This document shows, in pieces, positions 39,666 through 48,700 of a DNA stretch of 64,000 nucleotides. Location of the stretch: positions 736,001-800,000 of the forward strand of contig OY759599.1 in assembly GCA_963662465.1 (NCBI GenBank), in the 5' to 3' direction. Made by a program: the position numbers and the translations under genes. The first letter of the stretch is position 1, and each line of letters opens with the position of its first letter. Source of the DNA: Desulfatiglandales bacterium (GTDB lineage: Bacteria > Desulfobacterota > DSM-4660 > Desulfatiglandales > Desulfatiglandaceae). The notes beneath the pieces are model-generated. The model made no database searches. It was not told where the DNA came from and saw only the letters and a program-made list of their open reading frames with translations.

Positions 39666-39672
39666 GGATAAG

Positions 39673-40452
39673 ATGAACAGGCAAAAACGAAAACTCTCCA
39701 CTCGTTTTACCCGCAAAGGCGCTCTCATTGAAGAGACCTATGCCGCGTTTCAACATTGGGACCTTTCGATTCCCTTCAGGAAAAACATTGAGAAGATTCG
39801 GGAAGAAAACGCCATCGGCGCCCGGAATGAAAAGTGGCTGCATGAAATCCTGACAACGCTTTCCAGCCGGTTTGGCGGCAATGAGTCCATTGCTCCCCTG
39901 GTATTGATGGTGCAAGGGAACCTCGTCCTTTACAAATGGAAGCCATGTCTCCTGTGGCATATGGGCAACATCGATGCGCTTTATTATCGCTTCGCCTGCA
40001 AATGGTTGTTCACCCGATTTCGAGAGGGCGCCTATATGATCCGCACTGAGGATGCCCTGCCTTTCGTGAGAAAGATCACTGATGGGCAGATTGCGTCCGG
40101 AGGAAAACTTTCGGAATACGGAGCTTTGAGAGCGGCCAGGGATCTTCTGAAAATGGCCGGTGATTTTAATTTGCTGGAGGGGAAGGTGAAAAAGAAATTC
40201 GCCAACTACCATATCCCCCAGGAGGCGTTTGTTTATGTGCTGCGCGGGCTCTTGGATATGGGGTACACCACTTCCCAGGTGTTGGCGTCAACAGACTGGC
40301 GTCTCTTCTTGATGGATGCCGATGACGTGGAGCGGGAACTCTTGAGGCTCCACCAGTACAAAGTTCTTGAATACGACGTGGCCGGAAGCATTGCGCAGCT
40401 CACGCTTTCGAGTCCATCGCTTGAAGCATACGCAAAGGAAATTTCAAGATGA
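39673..40452 (+). CDS. brxA: BrxA family (DUF1819) protein
   Basis: KGALIEET start and DWRLFLM...ELLRLHQ..LEY..AGS C-terminus; lies between brxE and brxB. Confidence 0.75.
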   Translation: MNRQKRKLSTRFTRKGALIEETYAAFQHWDLSIPFRKNIEKIREENAIGARNEKWLHEILTTLSSRFGGNESIAPLVLMVQGNLVLYKWKPCLLWHMGNIDALYYRFACKWLFTRFREGAYMIRTEDALPFVRKITDGQIASGGKLSEYGALRAARDLLKMAGDFNLLEGKVKKKFANYHIPQEAFVYVLRGLLDMGYTTSQVLASTDWRLFLMDADDVERELLRLHQYKVLEYDVAGSIAQLTLSSPSLEAYAKEISR

Positions 40453-41027
40453 CCCATTGGAAAAAGAGAATGAAGGACGATCTGGAACCTGTTCTTCAAC
40501 TGCCTGACCCCAGACCCAAGATCAGTGCCTACGACAACATGCCCTATGCCATTTTCCGATATCCTCCGGAAGACGAGTTCGCGGTGCGGGCCGAAATGAG
40601 TATGCTTCAAATTCGGCTGGAACTATCCGGCAAAAGAGTTACGCGGATTTCCCTGGCGGAATGCATGGCAGCGGCGCTTACGGCCGAGGAAATGACTTTT
40701 GAAGCACTTGCCGAGCAGGAAAAATCCCTTGGCCTTGAAATTGTTATCGATACGGTCCATAACGTGCTGGATGAATACCAGCCTCTGGACCAACTGGTGC
40801 TTCAAAGGATGCCGCCGGCCGCTGACCCCACGCGAGATATCGTCTTTATCATCCGGGCAGGAGCGCTTTTCCCCATTTACCGGACCTCGTCCCTGTTGGA
40901 GCAGCTGATGGGAACCATCCAGATCCCGGCGGTGTTGTTCTATCCCGGCGATCTGGACGGCGCCGCCGGTTTGCGGTTTATGGGAATTCTGGATGCGGAA
41001 CATAACTACAGGCCAAAAATCTTTTAA
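40449..41027 (+). CDS. brxB: BrxB (DUF1788) protein
   Basis: YAIFRYPPEDEF, GALFPIYRTSSLL and VLFYPG...LRFMG...HNYR; ATGA overlap with brxA. Confidence 0.85.
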   Translation: MTHWKKRMKDDLEPVLQLPDPRPKISAYDNMPYAIFRYPPEDEFAVRAEMSMLQIRLELSGKRVTRISLAECMAAALTAEEMTFEALAEQEKSLGLEIVIDTVHNVLDEYQPLDQLVLQRMPPAADPTRDIVFIIRAGALFPIYRTSSLLEQLMGTIQIPAVLFYPGDLDGAAGLRFMGILDAEHNYRPKIF

Positions 41028-41039
41028 GGGTGTAATGCC

Positions 41040-44000
41040 ATGACGATCATAAAGGACTTGTTTGCCAACCCAATAGATCGGCACATCGAGGAAGTGATCA
41101 AAGTGGACCAGACCGATGAAGCGCTGGTCCAGGACGAAATCACGGAATACGTGGTTACCAAGTCCATCTGTGGGCATTACCGAGGCATCCTGGAGCGTTA
41201 CTGGGAAACCCCGAAAAAGCCCCACGAGGGCATCGGCGTCTGGGTGTCGGGTTTCTTCGGTTCCGGTAAATCCAGTTTTGCCAAGAACCTTGGTTTGGCC
41301 ATTGAAAACCGGAAACTCAAAAGCGAAGGGGCGGCATCGCTATTTGGAAAGCAAACCAGGGACGACGCCATTCAAGTGCTGCTGACCAACATCAGCGAGC
41401 ATGTGCCCACCCAGGCCGTCATCTTCGACGTGTCCACGGACCGGGGCATCCGTTCCGGAAACCAGACGATCACGGAAATTATGTACCGCCTTTTCCTGGA
41501 TCGGCTGGGATACGCCAAAGACCTGGATCTTGCCGGGTTGGAGATCACCCTTGAAGGGGAAAGTCGCCTGGATCTATTCAAGGAAATCTTTCAAAAACTC
41601 TATGACAAGAACTGGGATCGGGAAAAGGGAAAAGTGGCCTTTGCCATCGCCTGGGCCAGTCGGGTAATGCATGAATTGGAACCCGATACCTATGCCACCT
41701 TTGATTCGTGGAGCCAGGCGGCCAAAAATCGGGCCGACATCACCCCCAACCTGCTGGCCGAACGGTGTAAAATGCTCATGGAGAGACGTCGCCCCGGAAA
41801 AAGCCTGGCTTTCGTGATTGATGAGGTGGGCCAGTTTGTGGCCCGGGATATTCAGAAAATGCTGGACCTGCAGGCTGCTGTCCAGAGTCTTGGCCGCGTG
41901 GGAAGGGGCAAAATGTGGATCGTGGTTACCTCCCAGGAACGCCTGAATGAACTGGTTGGAGGGTTGGACGATAAAAGGGTTGAGCTGGCCAGGCTCATGG
42001 ACCGGTTCCCCTTGCAGGTGCATCTGGAGACTTCGGACATCTCTGAAGTGACCAGCAAGCGGATACTGTTCAAAAACGCATCGGCCGAAAAGGCCCTGCG
42101 GGAACTTTTTTCCACCCACCGGGGCAGGCTCACGGAAAATACCCGCTTGAGCGCGGACATCCGATTGCCCGAGCTTTCCACCGATGCCTTTGTGGACCTC
42201 TACCCCATGCTCCCCTACCAGATCGGGCTTATTATTCAGATTGTTTCGGGTCTTCGCACCCAGGGCGGCGCCGCACGGCACGTGGGCGGCGCCAACCGCA
42301 CCATCATCAAACTGGCCCAGCAGCTTCTCATCCATCCGGAAACGGCTCTGGCGAAAAAGCCTGTCGGCGCCCTGGTCCGTCTGGATCAGATTTACGACCT
42401 GGTGGCCGGAAATATCTCAAGCGAGATTCGAGGAAAAATATCGGAGATTAAAAAGGAGGTTCCCCACCCCCTGGCCCAACCCGTGGCCAAGGCCATTTGT
42501 TTGCTGCAATTCGTTAAAAGCGTTCATCGCACCGCCGAAAACATCGCAGCCACGCTACATGAATCTGTAGATTCGGATTCCAGGCTGCCCGAGGTTCGAG
42601 AAGCTCTGGAGGCCCTCAAAAAGGCACACAAGGTACGTGAGGGGGAAGACGGTTACCGTATCCCCACCCCCGCCGAAGACGACTGGGAGCGGCTGCGCAT
42701 GGGGTTGCCCGCGCCCAGGCACGGAGATGTGAACCGAATTCACAGCGATGTACTCAGCGGTTTCTGGCAACCACCACCGTCCCACAACCTCAAGGACACA
42801 AAACTGTTCAAAGCCGGTCTTACATTGAATGGTCGAGGCATTGTTGAAGGAGACATTACGGTTCATGTAGCACTGGCGGAATCTGGAAAGGAATTTGAAG
42901 CGCAGGCCGCTGAGATGCGGAAACGCAGCCAGAACGAGACCAGCGGCATCTTCTGGGCGGCGCCTCTGGATGACGCCATCGACCGGCAGACGGTTGAGAT
43001 TTTCAGATCCCGGGAAATGCTCTCTGCAAAGGGCCGTGGCGCCAAAACCAAGGATGAAACCGCTCTGGTGGCCGAAGAAAAGATTCGCCTTCGCCGTCAT
43101 GAGGACGAACTGAAGCGCCTTCTCCGGCAGACCTGTTTGAACGGGACCGTGTTTTTTAGAGGGAATGACCGAAGCCCCGGTGGCGAAGTGGAGACTCTGA
43201 AAAAGGCAACGGAAATCGTGATGGGCCAGGCCCTTCCCGATGTGTTTGATCGGTTTGAGGAAGCGGCGGCCCGCGTGAAGAAACAGGATCTGGACAGCCT
43301 TATGACCACGGAGAACCTGCGCGGTCTCAGCTCGGTGTTTGCATTGTTGGACCTGTTGCGCGATGAAGGGGGAAAAGCCGTTTTCAAAACCGAAGCCGAT
43401 CCACTGGCCGAGGTGCTGGCCAAGATCAAAAACCGTACCGATTACGGGGAGAATGCCGGCGGCAAATATCTGGAGAGCGCGTTTTCAAAAGAACCCTTTG
43501 GCTGGGACTTTGATGTGGTTCGGCTGCTGGCGGTTTGTCTGCTTCGGGCCGGCGCCATTGAAGCCACCAGCAAGGGGCAAATCATCCAATCCGCCCTGAG
43601 CGTGGATGCGAAAAACACCTTTTCCAGCAATAACCTGTTTCGCCAGACATCCTTCCGTCCCAAGGAGGTGTTTGATTTTACGGAACTCATCAAGGCCAAC
43701 GAAAATGTAAAGGATGTGTTTGGTGGCGACATCTCCGATCTCACCCCAACAGTTGCCGCGGAAACCATCCGTGAAAAGTCAGGGAAACGGGAAAAAGAGG
43801 TTCAGGACATGTATAACCTTCTGGTGGCCAATCACCTGCCCGGTTCGGAGATATTGGGGGAAGCCTGCGATCTCATACGGACCATCCGCACCGGCAGTGA
43901 AGAACAGACCATCCTGACCTTTAACAGCGCTTGCAAAGAATTGAAGGAAGCCGTCAAGAGAACGGCGGAACTGACCCACGTCCTCACCGAACCGGCGCAG

Positions 44001-44576
44001 GATGATATTAAAAGGGCGGGTGCGACCCTGACAACCCAGTGGCCTTTTCTGGCCGGAGAGCCGGATCTGGATGAGGCCTTCAAAGAAAAGGCGGAAACCC
44101 TCAAAGATCTTCTGGATCGAGAAACCTTCTTTCGGGAACTGTCGACCATTGATCAACATGCAAGGGAACTGAAGAAGGAGTACGAGAGACGATTTGTGGA
44201 AGCCTCGGCTGGCCGAAAGCAGGCATATACTGCCGTCATGGAAGATTTGGAGAAAACTCCCGGCTGGGAAAAGCTCACCGATGAACAGAAAAAGCTCATC
44301 AGCGATCCCATTGAGCCATATGTACTTAAGGACCCGGTGCCTTCCACGCCCATTCCCCAGCTTCGCGCCGATTGCGATGCGGCGCCCGGGCGTCTCAACC
44401 GGGTTGTGGAAGAAATGATGCGGATTTTGGATGGCAATCGGGTTATCAAGGTAAACGCCGCCAGTTTCTTTGCAGGCGGTGTGGAAACCGAAGAGCAGTT
44501 GGATGCCGCCCTTCAGGGTTTGAGGGAAACCTGTGAAAGCCACATCGGGGCTGGCAAGAAGGTGCTGATTCAATAA
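41040..44576 (+). CDS. brxC: BREX system P-loop ATPase BrxC
   Basis: IEEVIKVDQ, EITEYVVT, WVSGFFGSGKSSF Walker A, VIDEVGQF Walker B, VTSQE, DRF; 1178 aa. Confidence 0.93.
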   Translation: MTIIKDLFANPIDRHIEEVIKVDQTDEALVQDEITEYVVTKSICGHYRGILERYWETPKKPHEGIGVWVSGFFGSGKSSFAKNLGLAIENRKLKSEGAASLFGKQTRDDAIQVLLTNISEHVPTQAVIFDVSTDRGIRSGNQTITEIMYRLFLDRLGYAKDLDLAGLEITLEGESRLDLFKEIFQKLYDKNWDREKGKVAFAIAWASRVMHELEPDTYATFDSWSQAAKNRADITPNLLAERCKMLMERRRPGKSLAFVIDEVGQFVARDIQKMLDLQAAVQSLGRVGRGKMWIVVTSQERLNELVGGLDDKRVELARLMDRFPLQVHLETSDISEVTSKRILFKNASAEKALRELFSTHRGRLTENTRLSADIRLPELSTDAFVDLYPMLPYQIGLIIQIVSGLRTQGGAARHVGGANRTIIKLAQQLLIHPETALAKKPVGALVRLDQIYDLVAGNISSEIRGKISEIKKEVPHPLAQPVAKAICLLQFVKSVHRTAENIAATLHESVDSDSRLPEVREALEALKKAHKVREGEDGYRIPTPAEDDWERLRMGLPAPRHGDVNRIHSDVLSGFWQPPPSHNLKDTKLFKAGLTLNGRGIVEGDITVHVALAESGKEFEAQAAEMRKRSQNETSGIFWAAPLDDAIDRQTVEIFRSREMLSAKGRGAKTKDETALVAEEKIRLRRHEDELKRLLRQTCLNGTVFFRGNDRSPGGEVETLKKATEIVMGQALPDVFDRFEEAAARVKKQDLDSLMTTENLRGLSSVFALLDLLRDEGGKAVFKTEADPLAEVLAKIKNRTDYGENAGGKYLESAFSKEPFGWDFDVVRLLAVCLLRAGAIEATSKGQIIQSALSVDAKNTFSSNNLFRQTSFRPKEVFDFTELIKANENVKDVFGGDISDLTPTVAAETIREKSGKREKEVQDMYNLLVANHLPGSEILGEACDLIRTIRTGSEEQTILTFNSACKELKEAVKRTAELTHVLTEPAQDDIKRAGATLTTQWPFLAGEPDLDEAFKEKAETLKDLLDRETFFRELSTIDQHARELKKEYERRFVEASAGRKQAYTAVMEDLEKTPGWEKLTDEQKKLISDPIEPYVLKDPVPSTPIPQLRADCDAAPGRLNRVVEEMMRILDGNRVIKVNAASFFAGGVETEEQLDAALQGLRETCESHIGAGKKVLIQ

Positions 44577-44622
44577 GGGCACCGCCGGCTAAAATAAGAC
44601 GAAAAGAGGATGGGACCGGAGG

Positions 44623-44691
44623 ATTTGGGAAAAAGAATATGTATCGGGGGAAACCAAGTTTATTACTTTGTTCCCAGACAAGGAGACATAG
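44623..44691 (+). pseudogene. C-terminal remnant of a DUF6883-like gene
   Basis: IWEKEYVSGETKFITLFPDKET* ends 2 nt before the DUF4926 ATG and supplies its AGGAG RBS. Confidence 0.5.
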
Positions 44692-44693
44692 AA

Positions 44694-44948
44694 ATGACCT
44701 ATCAATTATTTTCCCGCATATCTCTTGCGGAGGATTTACCTGAGTATGGCCTTCGGAAAGGAGATCTGGCGACCATCGTTGAGCGGCATGAAGGAATGCC
44801 CGGTCAGGAGACAGGCTATTCATTGGAAGTATTCAATGCGCTTGGGGAAACCATTACCGTAATTGTGGCAGAGGAATCCAAAATCCTTCCCGTCCATGCC
44901 GATGAAATTCTGCAAGTTCGACATCTTGAAAATGTTTCCACAATGTAG
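44694..44948 (+). CDS. DUF4926 domain protein
   Basis: LAEDLPEYGLRKGDLATIVE...GYSLEVFNALGETI signature. Confidence 0.82.
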   Translation: MTYQLFSRISLAEDLPEYGLRKGDLATIVERHEGMPGQETGYSLEVFNALGETITVIVAEESKILPVHADEILQVRHLENVSTM

Positions 44949-44951
44949 ACC

Positions 44952-44982
44952 GTAGGTTGGATAGAGCGGAGAGATACCCAAC
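44952..44982 (+). repeat. Single GTAG-type REP
   Basis: GTAGGTTGGATAGAGCGGAGAGATACCCAAC: GTAG foot plus imperfect GTTGG...CCAAC stem. Confidence 0.65.
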
Positions 44983-45044
44983 AAAGGCGGGTCGGATGTG
45001 TTCGTAGCCTCAAAAGAGACCGAGGACAAAGGGGAAAAGGCATC

Positions 45045-45335
45045 ATGAAAAAAGAGCAAATTGTTTTATCCCTGAAGCGGTTCAAAACCCTGAAAGGACA
45101 GGAATACCAGATCAGAAGAATCGGGCTATTCGGCTCTGCCGTGCGGGATCGCATGAACCCGCAAAGCGATATTGATGTGGTCGTTGAACTGGAACGACAG
45201 GACCTGTTTGCGCTGATCGGCATCAAGCAGGATCTGGAAGATCAATTGCATCGGCAGGTGGATGTGGTGAGCTACAGAGAAGAAATGAACCGTTTTCTCA
45301 AAACCAGGATTGAAAAAGAGGCTATCTATGTATGA
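45045..45335 (+). CDS. Minimal nucleotidyltransferase (MNT) antitoxin
   Basis: GLFGSAVR...SDIDVVVE motif; 96 aa; directly upstream of a HEPN gene. Confidence 0.88.
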   Translation: MKKEQIVLSLKRFKTLKGQEYQIRRIGLFGSAVRDRMNPQSDIDVVVELERQDLFALIGIKQDLEDQLHRQVDVVSYREEMNRFLKTRIEKEAIYV

Positions 45336-45717
45336 TCGGGAACTGGTGCTGGAGATCGCGTCTCAAATCCATAATGCAACTCAAACCATTATGAGGCGGT
45401 TTGCAGTGATACAATCGCCTGAAGATTTCACAAGCTCAGAGGCCGGTATGGAAAAGCTGGATGGCCTCTGCATGCAGCTTATTGCCATAGGCGAGGGACT
45501 CAAAAATCTTGACAAAGTTACCGACCACGCCCTGCTGCTCCGTTATCCACAGGTAGAGTGGAAAAAGGCTAAGGGGCTCAGGGACATCATCAGTCATCAT
45601 TACTTTGATGTGAATGCCGAGGCCATATTTGAGGTATGCAAAATGCATATACCAGTCCTTGGTAAAACGATCGCAAAAATGATGGATGATGTCACCAGAC
45701 TTTCTGAAGGAGAATGA
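45328..45717 (+). CDS. DUF86/HepT-like HEPN ribonuclease toxin
   Basis: LIAIGE, YPQVEWK..KGLRDIISHHYF (Rx4HxY); overlaps the MNT stop and the pglX start. Confidence 0.88.
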   Translation: MYDRELVLEIASQIHNATQTIMRRFAVIQSPEDFTSSEAGMEKLDGLCMQLIAIGEGLKNLDKVTDHALLLRYPQVEWKKAKGLRDIISHHYFDVNAEAIFEVCKMHIPVLGKTIAKMMDDVTRLSEGE

Positions 45718-48700
45718 TGGACAAGCAGACCCGAAACCTCATTCAGAAGGCCACCCAGGATGCCCGCAATCTCCTGGAATCCGAGTTCGGCGAACAGCTT
45801 GAAGGCGTGTTTGATATCCTTCCCAACGGACGGATTGCACCGGAACCAGGGAAACATTTGAACCCAGGACAATGCATCATCCGGAAGAAATTGATCGCTG
45901 CCATCGAGCATGAAAAAGCAGGGGGCGTTTCCGATGCCGAGGCCGTCAGCAATTATCTTCGGGAAGCGTCTTTTACCTGTTTGAATCGCTTTGCGGCCTT
46001 GAAGATGCTGGAGGCTCGGGGGCTGGTACAGGAGTGTGTGTCCAAGGGGGAGCAATCTTCCGGGTTCAAGGAATTCTGCGGCCTGGCGCCGGGCCTGCTG
46101 GAACTGCCCGACAAAGGTTACCGGCTGTATATCGAAAGCCTTTTCGATGAGCTTTCAACAGAGATCCGGGTGCTGTTTGACCGCCGGGATTTAGCGTCTC
46201 TTTTGTGGCCTGGGCGAAAAGCCTTTGATGGGTTGCTTGATATTTTGAATCGGGAAGAGATCGCGGGGGTTTGGGGCGAAGACGAGACCATCGGCTGGGT
46301 GTACCAGTATTTCAACAGCGGGGAAGAGCGAAAGAAGATGAGGGATGCATCAGCCGCTCCTCGGAACTCCCGGGAACTGGCCGTGCGCAACCAGTTTTTC
46401 ACTCCACGTTATGTGGTGGAGTTCCTGACCGACAACACCCTGGGGCGCATCTGGTATGAGATGCGACAAGGGGATACGGTGCTGAAGGATGAATGCCGGT
46501 ATCTGGTTCGGCGGCCGAATGAGGTATTTCTTGGGCCGGGTGAAAAAGCCCCGGCTGAGGATGATGGGGATACCGACCTTTCCCAGGAGGAGCTTCTCAA
46601 AAAAACGGTTTACATCGAACATCGACCAAAGAAAGACCCACGAGACATCAAAATCCTGGATCCCGCATGTGGTTCAGGGCATTTTTTGCTCTACGCTTTC
46701 GATTTGCTGGAACGAATCTATGAAGAGTCCTGGGGGGACAAGGAACTACCTCAGCCTGAGGCCACCGGCAGAATGCTACGAGAAGATTATCAAACCCTTG
46801 AGAACCTTCGATGCCATATCCCCAAACTGATCATTGAACATAATCTCCACGGCATCGACATTGACCACCGGGCGGTTCAAATTGCGGCACTCAGTCTTTG
46901 GATGCGGGCGCAGCGTTCTTGGAAACGGATGAGCCTGAATCCCCACGAGCGGTCGCAGATCAACAAATCGAATGTCGTGACCGCCGAACCTATGCCTGGT
47001 GAAGAGGACATGCGGCGGGACTTTACGGCCGGCCTTAAGCCACGGGTGCTGGGACAGCTGGTGGATGAGATATTCGAAAAAATGAAGTTGGCTGGGGAGG
47101 CGGGGGCGCTCCTGAAAATCGAAGAAGAAATTAAAGATGCCGTTGCGGAGGCAAAACGCCAATGGCTGGAAGTCCCGGAACCCGAACAGCAATTGCTGTT
47201 CCCCGGCGTGGTTGCTCGTAAACCCAGGCAATTGGAGTTCCGATTTGATGTAGAAAGTGTAAAGGAAGAAAGCTTCTGGAACCAGGCTGAGGAACGTATC
47301 CTAAAAGTTCTGAAGGACTATGCTGAGCGAGCTGAAAACGGGCATACTATCCGACGACATTTGTTTGCCGAAGACGCCGCACGTGGGTTTGCATTCATCA
47401 GCCTTCGCCTTAAGCGTTATGATGTTGTGTTGATGAATCCACCGTTCGGTGAAGCCACGTCTCTTGGGAAGGCATACATCGATGGTCTTTGCAAACGCAG
47501 CTCCAACGACATGTTCCAAACGTTCGTTGAGACTATGCTTTCTTTGACCTGGGAGGGTGGAAGAGTCGGCGTCCTCAGCGCTCGCACAGGGTTCTTTCTA
47601 GGCAATAGCGAGAACTGGCGTAGGGATGTGGTGTTTCGGAATCGTCTAACCTGTTTTGTGGATCTTGGCCTGGGAGTACTTGATGCTGCATTGGTCGAAG
47701 TAGCCAGTTACATCATCGAGCATGGGGAACCTGATTCAAGAGGGATTTTTGTCAACCGCCAGCTTTCGACCCGTGATAAGGAACCGGGGCTTATTGATTC
47801 AATAAGAAGGATAGAGACCGAGTTAAACGCGGATACGTTCATTGTCGAGCAAGGCATCATCTCCAAAGTACCCGGCTGTGTATTTGCCTATTGGGCACCG
47901 ACTCACTTCCTCAATAGATATGAATCAACCGGACTTTTCGGGGAAGTGGTTTCCAAAGTTCATCCAGGTTTATGCACTGGCAATGATTTCAGATTTGTTA
48001 GGTTAGGATGGGAGGCACCTTCCACCAATTTAGGACGGGGATACAGGTGGCAGAGGTTTTCCAAAGGTGGTGAGTATTCGCCCTTCTTTGATGACATTCA
48101 CCTAGCTGTGGATATGATAAGGAAAAGTGGAGCACATTACTACGGTATCCCTGGGGCTAGGTTTCAGAACATACGATACTATTATCTGCAAGGAGCAACA
48201 TATACAGTTCGGACTGCAAGTGCCTTCGCTGCCAAAGTCCTTCCCATGGACTGTATCTTTAGCCACAATGCTCAGAGTTGGTTTGTTAATTCAAGCGATC
48301 GGTGCTTGTTGTCGATAGCTTTCCTGTCCTGCAGGGTTCCTCAAGTTTTCTTAGAACTAGCCGTCGGTTCCGGTGATATTGCCACCGCAGGCAGTGCTGC
48401 TAGGCGTTACACAACGGCTGTTGTGGAAAGTGTCCCCGCTGATCCTATCGACCAAATCAACACTACTAGAAATAAAGAATTAGCGCATCTTTTGTTCACA
48501 AATCGCATTAAAGAATTTGCCCGCCTTGAAACTAGTTGCTTATTTGTTCGATTGTTTACAGGCTACAAAGCCACAGGACTTCATGAATCCGCTTTACATG
48601 CCACGATAGCTATGTTCGATGAAATTCTCTTTGCTTTGAAGTGGTCCAAAGAACTTGATGACGAAGTTTCAAAGGCATTTAGGATGAATGATGAAGAGGT

